From positions 186,001-250,000 of the forward strand of contig NIVC01000016.1 in the NCBI GenBank assembly GCA_002269645.1: a stretch of 64,000 nucleotides of DNA. The letters run 5' to 3'. The position numbers and the translations under genes are program-made. Positions 48,531 to 61,200 of the stretch are shown here, piece after piece. Origin of the DNA: Macrostomum lignano. Taxonomy: Eukaryota. The first letter of the stretch is position 1, and the number at the start of each line of letters is the position of its first letter. Under the pieces are notes generated by a model. That model did no database searches. It had not been told where the DNA came from and was given only the letters and a program-made list of their open reading frames with translations.

Positions 48531-49950
48531 CTAGCATTAGCTAGGATAATTTAGACTATATGATAATATCCATCTTCTATACTCAGGAAAGTGCATATAG
48601 AAAATTCTAGTATACAAAAAGTATATGCAAAATGATGCAAACACTGCCTAGCATAAGCCCAATAGAAAGTTAAGCACATTGTGATATATAGCAAAAGTTG
48701 ATCAAAAAATCTTATAATAATATATCCAAAATATGTTATCTATGTATATAATATATGAAGTTGTCTTCTTTAGACATTATTCTAAAATAAGAATTAGTAT
48801 ATATATAATAAATATTAAAATTCAAAATTGCATTTATTAGAAAGTTTGAGCTGATACCAATTTGATGATTTTGAATATGATTTGAAATAAAATTTAAGTT
48901 TAAAATTATATATACCCAACTACATTGTCTAAAGCTTGTGACTTATTAGTGACAGATCTGAGGATAATTTTGTCATGGCTAGACTTGCATATAAGGTAGG
49001 AATATTATAATTTTAGGCCTATTTTGGGCCAACCAAAAAAGTTAAGCCAATTTGCTTACTACTTAAAATATCCTTTATCTACCACTGGGAAATATTTATA
49101 TATTAAGTAAAGTGGCTCACTTAGCAAGTAAAAAAAGAAAGCCAAAAATCAACATATTGATTGTTATGATACATTTTATATGTCAAGGTGCATTGTGTGT
49201 CAGGTATAGTCTGGAATAAGAGAAAGCAATAAATAAAGCAAACTTAATTATTTGTCAATGTAACTAATGTGACAAAATTTAAATAAAATAACATTTTAAC
49301 ATTTAAGCAAACTTCTGAAATTTTAGGCTTTATATCACTTAAGATTGGCAAGATAATTTTCTATTTGATACCACAATGGCTGGCACCAAAGGGTATTTTT
49401 CCTATTATCAAAACTACATTTGCTAGTTATCAAAACAATTAACATTGAAATGTCTCATTATTTAAATAATTATAATCTATGCACTTAGCATATAATTAGG
49501 CCCATATCAGATAGTGAGATCCTTATTGCATAATGTATTAATGAATTTATTAAAAAAATATTTTTTGTTTATCTTGTTTATAACCTAAATGTTAAATTTT
49601 GTAAATATTATATTTTATAGCTTTATGGGTTAGTATGGCATAGAAATAGTGCTAGAGCACATGAAGCATATAGCCACCATAGTCAGGAAGATGTCTTGTA
49701 TATCAGAATTTTCTGGTGTGCATTAGCACTTCATAGTTCATTGGCATGCATATTTGGCATGCTTGAATCTTAAAAAGTTATATTTTGCAAACAAAAAGTT
49801 ATATACAAAGCTATTTGAATATAGGTTCAAGTATCTTCTAGTTTCTAAAACAAAAGCTATCAAAAGGTAAAATATTTCGAAGAAAAAAGTAAGTGGTTAA
49901 AAAGTGATAGGTGCAGATATTAATTAAATGTGATGGCATTCCTTCAGTTT

Positions 49951-50835
49951 ATAAGTACATTATAAGAATGTATCATGTCTATTATTCCTTTATAACAACT
50001 TGTAATCACACAAAGTTTTAGTATCCAAATTCTATAAAATAGCAATTCTATATTGCAGAAAACCTTCTATTTTGCCAGTTTCAGTTTACAATCATCTTAT
50101 ATTTTGCTCATTGCAGTGCAAAAATGGTATGTTCAAAACTAAAAAACTAAAAATACACAAAATAGAAAGTGCAGTTTGTTGAATGATACTTATAAACTTA
50201 GGGTAAAAGTAATATTGCCAGCTTTGGTTTGCAATCATTTCAGTGGAATGCATGTGTAGAAATGATTGTAAACCAAAGGTGAGAAGGAGCAAAGGTGAGG
50301 GAGGATTTCAATGCCCTTGATCTGGAATGAATAGCAATTTTCTGCATGTGACTATTTATTATATTTGACATGCTTTCCTATAGCCAGCTTTGGTTTACAA
50401 TCATTTTAATGGGAAATATATGTTTGGGTGATCATAAACTGAATGTGATATATAAGCTACTAGTTCAAACTTGCTACTTAACACATGGGACTATTAGACA
50501 CCATTTTCTATAGCCAGCTTTGGTTCACGATTATTTTAACGGGAAATGTACATTTGGATGATTGTAAACTAAAGGTGATATATAAGCTAGAACAACTTTA
50601 CTATCCTTTGAAATTAACAGAGTTAGCTTGTCAACTTTTGATTTCTTTTCATTTGAAACCATTGTTGGCTTTTATGTCTATTTTAAGTGGGTGATCATCA
50701 CTGTTTGAGGTGATTGTAAACCAAAGGAATGCCAATGTGATAGTGCTATTTTATAGAATTTAGATACTAAAATTTTGTGTGATTGCAAGTTGTTATAAAG
50801 GAATAATAGACATAATAAATTTTTATAATGACTTA
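49951..50835. mobile_element. Foldback/MITE-like element with ~95-bp inverted arms and internal hairpin modules
   Basis: 49951-50044 is the approximate reverse complement of 50744-50835. Internal TTTGGTTTACAATCAT / ATGATTGTAAACCAAAG modules in both orientations. No TSD identified. Confidence 0.6.
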
Positions 50836-51053
50836 CAAATGTCAAATGTTATAATGAAAAAAAGTCCTTTATTGTTGTAACATAATTTATTTTATTGTTG
50901 TAGCAAAAGTAAGGTAAAAGTAAGGTCACAATTTTGAAGCTTTGATATACCAATTTTTTTGCATGCTTGGTATATACTTAACTAAAATTTTGCCCAAAAA
51001 CTGGCATACACTAGACTCTAGATACTTCCCTGACAATGGCATATATCATACAT

Positions 51054-51204
51054 GCGCAACTTTAGAAATCACCCGGCTGTTTCTATTGGCAACACACACA
51101 TATAAGTCGCTATTGGCTGATACCAGTCACGTGACTACTTTTCCATCCAATAGCGACTGTATGTGTTGCCAATAGAAATGGCCGAGTGAATCCCAAGGTT
51201 GCGC
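51054..51204. repeat. ~150-bp imperfect palindrome centred on AGTCACGTGACT
   Basis: Arms GCGCAAC / TTTCTATTGGCAACAC / AGTCGCTATTGG mirrored by CCAATAGCGACT / GTGTTGCCAATAGAAA / GTTGCGC. Confidence 0.85.
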
Positions 51205-52391
51205 CCAAGCATGGCATATATTATAAGTTAATATATAGAGATTATCTTCTATAGATATATTCTAGTACATGCTTTGTCACCTACCTACTACTATAATAAA
51301 TAACTGTGGTTTCCAATTCATTTGCCTACTAACAGTTTGTTTGTTAAATAGATGAAAAGCCTTTTTTTTACTTTTTGTCTACTAGAAAATAGGAATAAGG
51401 AGCCATTGTATCCTTGTTAGTATTATTAAAATACTATAGATTTAATCATTTTAACAAACTTATAATATTATAATATTATATATAAAACAGAAAGAAAAAT
51501 ACTAATAGACTTGACTAGCAATCTACACCCCCCTGTTGGGGAGCCAAAGAAATACAATACACATTTTTTTAATAAGCTACATGTAGCCTTGAAATCTTAA
51601 AAAATCTCCTATCAAACTTCTATTATAACCCTAACACTAACCCTAACCATAACCCAAAATTTAATATTTTGTCCATAAGTTTTTGCATGATGCTTCTATA
51701 GTTTTTTGCATGATGCTTCCATTATTTTTTGCATGACACTTCCATGATTTTTACATGATGCTTCCATTTTTTTGCATGACACTTCTATGATAAATATTGT
51801 TAATAAGCTACATGAGCTAAGTTATAAGCTACCCTAAACCAATGGAACCAAAACTTTTGAAAATTTTTAAAGATAAAAATATCAATAAATTGCTTTCTTA
51901 TTCAACAATTTATAGATGCAAGACATATAATTTCAAATCTAGAGTTATTGCAAACAATGTCTCCTTTCTCTAAAACCTTTTCAAATGCCAATAATAATAC
52001 TATGCATAAATGGCAAATATACATAAACTGCAAATAAAGTGTAAATCATCCTATTTAAAGAAATCAACCCTTGCAACATTTAAACAATATCAACAGATTG
52101 TTGGGCAGCTACCACCTTACCCTACATTTTTGGTATCTAGTCAATCCAGTGACAAGACAATCTAGCAATAGAACAATCCAGCAACAGACAATCTAGTAAC
52201 AGTCAAATGGCAATAGTCAATCCAGGAACAATTTGTAATAAAAAGCTATTAGAGCCTTTTCATATTACCAATTCCAGAACCAGAATTGGTTTGGAATTCC
52301 AAGAAAAACAGCAATATAACTATTAAACTCTGTTAATATTTGACTGCTTTAACAACTTAACTTAGCACAATTTTTCACTTTCTTCTTGGCG

Positions 52392-52853
52392 ATTGTCATT
52401 CAATAATAAAAACTTTATAGCACGTATCTCCCTCTAGTTATAGAGACAAAAAGTTATACTTCACAAATTGGTTCTGGTTCTGGAATCAGAGCAAGCAATA
52501 TGAAAAGGCCCTTATATGTAAACCAGCTATTATTACTTAAACAGATTAGAGAGAGCTTTGATTGTAATAATTATTATATTAATTGTTTATTGCCATTATT
52601 ACTATGTATTTTTTATTAGAATGTATGCAAAAAGTTCCAAGAATTAGAATTTAGCAGGTTCAAAATGTGCAGATTTCAATCAACTAGGTCTGGTCCATCA
52701 ATAGCTTATTTGCTTATAATGGGCCTATAATGCTTATAATGCTTATAATGCTTATAATGGGTTCAAACCAAAACCAATTTGTGAAGTATAACTTTTTGTC
52801 TCCATAACTAGAGGGAGATACGTGCTATAAAGTTTTTATTATTGAATGACAAT
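52392..52853. mobile_element. MITE-like element, ~460 bp, with ~85-bp near-perfect terminal inverted repeats
   Basis: 52392-~52478 (ATTGTCATTCAATAATAAAAACTTTATAGCACGTATCTCCCTCTAG...) is the reverse complement of ~52768-52853 with few mismatches. TSD not seen. Confidence 0.7.
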
Positions 52854-55800
52854 TGCTGTAAGCACTGGAATTGTGCTTACATCGAAGCAAAAAAACAACG
52901 GCCTCCTCTCGTCTCAACTGGTTCTATCCAGCCAGACCAGCTCTACACTAAAGGGCAGATAACAAAGCTGAGGTTGGAAGGCCAAGCCAGCAGCCTGCGA
53001 ACGCGTGACACAGTGGACTCGCAGCAATGCTTTGGGGGGGGGGGGTGATATGGTTGCCTAACAACGGGACAGAGAAAAATGCTCGAGCGATAACCCTGCC
53101 CCGCTCAAACTATGCATTGCTCTTCATTTGTCAACTAAACCAGTTTGCTTGCTTGACTATAAAATAAACTGTCTTGAATAATTTGTGGCACAGAGAGAGA
53201 TTCGGAAATGTGAGCCTCACACTCATAACAGGGCCATCAGAGGCCAGTGTGTTAGAAAGTCTTTCTGACTTGTGAGCAGAAGATAACAGGAATAAAAACT
53301 GTTATAATCGCCAAGAAGAGAGTGAAAAATTGTGCAAAGTAGGGCTGTTAAGGCAGTCAAACATTCAACAGAATTAAATAGATCTGGAAGATTTGAAGAT
53401 CTTGGAAGATTCTTTCTTGGAAGATTTGAACCAATTCTAATTCTGGAATTGGTAATATAAAAAGCCTCAATGATAATATATGTACATATATATATATTGA
53501 TTAAAAAATATGAAATCAAATTAAAATTATACATTCTTTATTTTCATTAAAGGCCACATGTGCACTAGTTTTTCATCTATAGATACATTATAATATTAAA
53601 AAATGCATTTGATGTGACAGCCTAAGGCTAAACTATGAAAAGTATGGACATAATGTATTAGTATCATTTTTATTAGAGAAGATACTGGTTGTCCTAAAGT
53701 TTATTATCTACATGTAAAATTAAAAAATAGAGTTCATATAAAGTTTTGCTTAGGGGCCTATATTTATCATGTGTAAAATCTACAATACAAAATATATTAC
53801 CATATTTTCTGTCACCAATTTGACTGTCGCTGAATCATCTTGTTACTAGTTGGTCTGGAAGCCACATTTTCACCCTTATTTCCTAGCAGATAAACAGTTT
53901 TAGAAAGAAAAAAATGGTTCATTTGCTCAGCACAGCATACACTATATACTATATCATACAAACTGTCAGTGGACAAAATGACTATCACTGGCACACATAT
54001 AATTGTTATCAATTGCTAATAAATTTGTCAATACCAACTAATTTTTATTTTTATTTTATTTACACTCATTTGAAAGTGTAAAAAGGTTATTCATTTTCTT
54101 AAGACAAAGCATTTTTGGGCATTTTGCTATTGATCAAACTGTATGAGTATGAGTTACCTAGTTTAGTTAGTTATTAGGCTATGGGGATATCATAGCTATG
54201 CCCATAGCCTAGTAACTAATTTTAATATAAAACCAAAACGAATAAATATAAAAGGTTATAATGTTATCGAAATTCTAAATATCAGTAATAGAAGTAACTT
54301 ATCAATAAATAAAAGAAAAAAATTATTATTTAAATTCTTATTTAAACTATTTAAAGAATTATTTAAACTATTTAAAGAATTGTCTAAATTCTTATTAAAA
54401 TTCTTAGATAAATAATATCAATAAAATAAAAACTAGGGCCCATTTTTATTGAATGAATGAAGGGGATTCATAAAACTAATGAAGAAAGATAATGTTTCGT
54501 GATAAACAGAGTTCTATATTCTAAGAAAGTCTTGCATTTGAAACAAGTGAAAATACGCTAGAATCAATAGTTGTGTTAATAAATGTAAAAAAGCATTGCA
54601 TATAACCATTTTCATGTTATAACTAATTTACTAAAATTTTTGTAAGATGTTAATAAAAATTTGGTTTAGTGGTTAAAAAATTCAAATCGGAGTTAATTAT
54701 TAAACCAGACGTACGCTGCTTTTTAAATTAAAGATTTCGTGGTTTTTAAGTTTTAATTATCAGTCAAATAATCAGGCAGCATATGTCATTTGTTAAGGCC
54801 CAATGAATGAAGTTTAAAAATTTTTTATTATATAATACTGCTAATGATAAATAAGAAAAAATAGCTCAAATCTTTAAGCATGGGTTTCGCGGCAGATAAA
54901 CAAGTCCTGCCCATTCAGTGATTCAGAATGATCGTTTGCGTATTGTATCCTTTATCAGTCGGGAAAACCACATATCAAACCTAGATCTATTCAAATGCAT
55001 GGAATTTATGCAACAGTCAATTGTGCTTAGTTATTGTTTTTCTCTTGCTGGTTTTAGTTGGTCAGACTGACAGACTCAAGTAATTTTTTATAAGTAAATA
55101 ACTTTGCATCTTGTCTTTGTCTATTGTATCTATGTTGTATTATATTATCTATACAATTTATAATTGTATTGTAATTGTAATCTTCTCTATAACTCTATAT
55201 ACATACCTACAAACTAGGCCTATAGTACATTAAAAGACCTAATCTTAATTCCCAAATCCCAATCAATAAGGCATTTTATTTCATATCTAGGCCCTAGTCT
55301 TGGCCTAATGCCAAACTGATTTGATTTTTTTCAAAGCATAGGTAATTGAATTTTTTAATAATTAGATAGGCCAAGTAATGTGTATTCATAAGATGGCTCG
55401 TTCCATCTAATTGTATATTTGTGTTAACAATCCATATCACCAAGTACCATTGATGGCCCCCACTTTAAAAGAGAAGCATGGCCCCCTCCTGCCCTCCTAT
55501 TCTAATGCCTATATTATAGGATATTTAATCATTACTCTTACTCAATACTAGGCCTAAATGGATTCTTATTTTTTAAATTCTTTTTTTTTGTATATTACAG
55601 GGAGATTTGTTTAATCATTTTTTAGGCTTATAATCAATTAATTAGGCCTACAAATCTACAATCAATTTTAGATCTTTCATTTGACCTAATCTATATAACT
55701 AAAATTTATTATGTCTATTTGTTTGTTTTTTTGTTTGTAAAGTTTTTTTTTTTAGAATGAACCACAAGACCAATCTTCACAGGACTTGCACTGTTAGCTT

Positions 55801-56629
55801 GCAAATTTTCTGGCGGTGATGTGGAAGATTTTGCTAAAATTTCTAATAATGCCAAGGATGTTTAATTAGCAAAAAACTACTTTTTGCCACGGAATTTCCG
55901 TGGTCAGTTGAAAAAAGGCTTCCTGACTGCTAATTTGGCTGACTTGATTGAGGTTGCATCAGCAATCTGGCCTATCTCTCGAGTGTATTTCATTTAGCTA
56001 GGCTGATTTGTGTGCAGAAAGGAATGGGGGTTCATTGGCTCACTTGGCAATGTGCAAAGGCATGTGTATCCCTGGCTGCAGGGCGGCGTCAAAATTTAGC
56101 TTCGGCAATGGTTGGGGAGAGAAATTCAATGACTTATTTGCAGGCCTTCAAGTGTAGCTGTGATTTTCATTTGTTGATTGTGCTTTGAGTTTTTTAGATT
56201 GAAGTGAGATTATTATATTGCCTGAAAGAGCTTGAAATGCTGAACATGGGGATATAATTTTATTGCTTAAATCTGAAAATCAGAAGCATAGCACTAAAAA
56301 GAAGATTGGCTTGAACAATGTACTGTGTATATTATTGGCTGGGGCCAATTGAAAATGGACAGCTGTGTACACTGTTGGGGCAGGGAGAGAGAGTTGAACT
56401 CAAATGCAATTTTCAATTGCAAGGCCTCTGGGTTTGGGGACTCAAATTTGTACACGCAAAATATTTCGTATATTTCTCTTAATAAAGTGGGAACTGGGTA
56501 TGGCAGGAGTTCTTGACCAATGATTTAATTTGGTCAAGGTGCCATGAATGATTATTCAATCAGAACTTTAACAAGCTGCTTTTCATCCGAACTACTATTT
56601 AGTTCATATGACTGTCTATGAAACTTATA

Positions 56630-56970
56630 AATTGTTCAAAGTTGGTTTTCACTATTGAAAATTGGTTTTCACAATTCAAAGTGCATTTTGGAGCATTCGA
56701 AGTTGGTTTTGACCATTCAAAGTTGGTTTTGATTATTCAAAGTTGGTTTTGACTATTTGAAGTTGGTTTTGACTATTCAAAGTTGGTTTTAACTATTTAA
56801 AGTTGGTTTTTGACTATTTGATGTTGGTTTTCACTATTTGAAGTGTGTTTCGGAGCATTAGAAGTTGGTTTTGACTATTCAAAGTTGGTTTTTGACTATT
56901 CGAAGTCAGTTTTGACTATTCAAAGTTGGTTTTAACTATTCAAAGTTCATTTTGGCCATTTGAAGTTCGC
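56630..56970. repeat. ~20-bp minisatellite (AAGTTGGTTTTGACTATTC[CG/CA/TG/TA variants])
   Basis: About 16 degenerate copies. Confidence 0.88.
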
Positions 56971-56999
56971 TTATCGGTGTTGTGTGCTGTTTCTCACTG

Positions 57000-57205
57000 C
57001 TTGATCTGTCTGTCTTCCAGCAGGTTGTCTCTGCTTGATCTGTCTACTTTATTGTGGGCTTTCTCTGCTTGATCTCTCTGCTTTTATTGCGGGCTTTCTC
57101 TGTCTGTCTGTCTTCTAGCGGGCAGTCTCTGTTTGATCTGTCTGTCTTCTAGCGGGCAGTCTCTGCTTGATCTGTCTGTCTTCTAGCAGGCAGTCTCTGC
57201 TTGAT
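57000..57205. repeat. ~33-bp degenerate minisatellite (CTGCTTGATCTGTCTGTCTTCTAGCGGGCAGT)
   Basis: About 6 copies. Confidence 0.8.
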
Positions 57206-58268
57206 TGATGATTGATACTGCAAGGTGTCTATGGGTGATGTTGCCAGGTTTGGTGCAGTTCGAGAACTGTCTGTGTCCCGCGAAGTGGGTCTTCCTGGTA
57301 GTCCAATCTATATTTTAATTTCATCTCATATCATAAGATATATAAAAGTAGAAAATACTTAGCACATATAAAGCCCTATCTATGGCATGGGCATTTAAAT
57401 TCAAAATTCAAATATAAAAAATATTAAAATAATTTTTTGAGTATTTTATCTATTTACAAACAATTTTTTTTCTTTTAAAATTTATATAGGCCTAAGCATA
57501 CTAAGCCCCCATGGTAGGTACCTAAGCAAAAAGTCAAATATAAAAAGCATTAAAAATATTGTTCTTCAACTATTTGACTTACTTTCAATTGGTATAAATT
57601 TTATATACCAATTAATTAGGCCCATTAACTATTGTCCCTATCTTTGCCAATCATTACTTACTATATATTAAAATGACACAAAAAAGTTAAAGCAGTTTAA
57701 AGGCTAGAGAAAATGGCTTGTTTCATTTGCTTATTGTATTTGAAACCAGCTTTATATTTATAAACCTCTCTTTTTCATTGACTGTCTTTTTATTATTAGT
57801 AAATATTAAAAATCAATAAACATAACAATTAAACTGGAGTTTTCAATTGGGATTGTGTAAAGGGTCTTAAAACTCTTTAGCTTTATTGTGAATATACACT
57901 CTACACTATACATTGGCCTAGAAGAGATGTAAATGGTTAAACTAAATAATTCAATTTAGTAATAGAGTGCCCATTGAAAGCATTAAAAATCAGTTTTTGA
58001 ATATTTGACCCATTTCCAATTAAAATTTTGCTATTGTATTTGTTTTGTCTACCTTTTTATTGATGTTTAAGATGCCAAATAGCACTTATAATTCTGCTAT
58101 ATAAAGTAGCATATGATGCTATCTGGAATCAATATAAAAGTTATTTTATTAAATTTTAATATTATTGAAAAAAAAATTTCTTACCTATTTAGTATATTTT
58201 TATATTTATAATTAATATTGCAAATCAAAAACAAATTTACAGGTTTAATAAACAATAACTACATTCCA

Positions 58269-61200
58269 ATGAGCTACTCATCATTGAGCAAGGCTCAGCT
58301 TAGCTTTGAGTATTTGCATACAAATTCGTAAGTTTTCTTTGTTTTACATTTCTATAAACAATTAAGGCTTTAAATGTAATTTAATTTAAGGCAGGTCTGT
58401 TTTAAACTGTTTATACAACTATTGAATTTTAGAACTACTCATGAGTTTCTTTTTGGTGCCATTGCTGAGCTAATTGACAATGCCAGGTGAGTGTATTGGC
58501 TTCTGCCTTATCTTCATTGAAGTTCCTATCTTGATAAATAATTTCAATGTATTGTTTAATCACATATTTCTTTTGTAGAGATGCTCATGCAACTGAGTTG
58601 GACATCTTTACAGGTTTGTGCCTTTCTGTTCAATACTTCTTTTTCTTACATCGCATCATTACTCCATATTAAGCAAGGAATTTTTAGGCCTTTTTGACAG
58701 CTTATGCTTATAGTTTCTTATGACATGAAAGCTGTATGCCCAACATTTATTATTGTCAATAGCTCTAGACATGCTGTCTATAGACACAGTATCTCTGGAC
58801 ACAGTAGCTCTTGATGCTACCAAGACTCAACATTTCTAGACTCAATCTCTAGACACAGTATCTCTAGACACAATATCTCTAGACACAACATCTCTAGACA
58901 CAATATCTCTAGACACAATATCTCTAGACACAATATCTTAGAATCAATATCTCGAGACACAACATCTCTAAGTCTAAACACAATATCTCTAGACACAATA
59001 TCTTAGAATCAATATCTCGAGACACAACATCTCTAAGTCTAAACACAATATCTCTAGACACAATATCTTAGAATCAATATCTCGAGACACAACATCTCTA
59101 AGTCTAAACACAATATCTCTAGACACAATATCTCTAGGCAAAATATCTTAAAATCAATATCTCGAGACACAACATCTCTAAGTCTAAACACAATGTCTCT
59201 AGACACAATACCTTAGAATCAATATCTCGAGACACAATATCTATAGACTCAAAGTCTCTAGCCTTAAAATCTCTGGGCCCAATATCTCTAGACACAGCGG
59301 CTTCAGATACAGCATTGACCTGTAAAAACAGTACAATAACAAAGGCCTAACTCCCTAAAATATCTGGCTCACTGCACAGCTCAAAATGCGGAACTACGCG
59401 GCGGCTACATGCTGTGCCTGCGCGACAACGGCTGCGGCATGGACCCCCAGGAGACCAAGGACATCATCACGTTTGGCCGGTCGGCTAAACGCTCGGACGA
59501 AAGCAGCGCCATCGGCATGTACGGCAACGGCCTGAAGTCCGGCTCGATGCGAATCGGCAACGACCTCATTCTGTTCACTAAGAAGGAGGACACAATGAGC
59601 GCCCTGTTCTTGTCGCGCACGTTTCACGAGGCCGAGAGTCTGGACGAGGTGATTGTGCCGCTGCCCTGCTTCCGGGCGGACACGCGCCAGCCGCTCTACG
59701 ACCTGGCCGAGGACCCCACGGCGGCCGAGCGGCACCAGACTGAGATGGCCGTCATCTATAAATACTCGCCATTCAAAACTGAGAAAGAATTCTTTGCCCA
59801 ATTTGACAAGCTCAACTCCGGCAGCAGCGGCACCCTGCTCATGATTTACAACCTCAAACTGTTGGACAATGGCCAGCCCGAGCTGGACGTCACCACGGAT
59901 CCCACGGACGTGCTGCTGGCCAGCCCGGACTTTGATGACGAAACCGATCTGGGGGTTTATTCCGATCACGAGTGAGGCTTGCCGCTTTTTGATGCGTGAC
60001 TTTGCAAACTGGACACCTTCACAAACTAGACGCTTTATAAAAAACTATAAATTTAATCCCGTTTATGGTTTCATGAAAAACTTTTAGTGATCAATCAGTA
60101 ATCAGACATAGCCCCGTTAGGTGTAATAGTAAGCATCAGCAATTTCAAAGATTAGAATTACTGTGATTAGTCTATTTGAAATTTAGATGTTTAAAAGTAG
60201 AAAGGTATTAATCCTGATCTTAGGCGTTCTAGCCTTGGATGTGAAAGCAACCCCCCCCCCCTAATCTTTGGCATCTCAGCAACTGCTGTCTGTGAGCCAT
60301 GGCATCTCAGCAACTGCCCCCTGTGAGCCATGGCATCTCAGCAACTGCTGTCTGTGAGCCTTGGCATCTCAGCAACTGCCCCCTGTGAGCCATGGCATCT
60401 CAGCAACTGCTGTCTGTGAGCCTTGGCATCTCAGCAACTGCCCCTGTGAGCCATGGCATCTCAGCAACTGCCCCCTGTGAGCCATGGCATCTCAGCAACT
60501 GCTGTCTGTGAGCCTTGGCATCTCAGCAACTGCCCCCTGTGAGCCATGGCATCTCAGCAACTGCTGTCTGTGAGCCATGGCATCTCAGCAACTGCCCCCT
60601 GTGAGCCATGGCATCTCAGCAACTGCTGTCTGTGAGCCTTGGCATCTCAGCAACTGCCCCCTGTGAGCCTTGGCATCTCAGCAACTGTCCCTGTGAGCCA
60701 TGGCATCTCAGCAACTGCCCCCTGTGAGCCATGGCATCTCAGCAACTGCCCCTGTGAGCCATGGCATCTCAGCAACTGCTGTCTGTGAGCCTTGGCATCT
60801 CAGCAACTGCTGTCTGTGAGCCTTGGCATCTCAGCAACTGCTGTCTGTGAGCCTTGGCATCTCAGCAACTGCTGTCTGTGAGCCTTGGCATCTCAGCAAC
60901 TGCTGTCTGTGAGCCTTGGCATCTCAGCAACTGCTGTCTGTGAGCCTTGGCATCTCAGCAACTGCTGTCTGTGAGCCATGGCATCTCAGCAACTGCCCCT
61001 GTGAGCCATGGCATCTCAGCAACTGCTGTCTGTGAGCCATGACATCTCAGCAACTGCTGTCTGTGAGCCTTGGCATCTCAGCAACTGCTGTCTGTGAGCC
61101 ATGGCATCTCAGCAACTGCCCCCTGTGAGCCATGGCATCTCAGCAACTGCTGTCTGTGAGCCTTGGCATCTCAGCAACTGCTGTCTGTGAGCCATGGCAT

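Noticed and set aside
47850-59300. AT-rich block as horizontally acquired or contaminant DNA
   Set aside because: It contains MORC exons 1-3, which splice in phase to the GC-rich exon 4, and a host-type SINE remnant. Misassembly is not fully excluded without reads.
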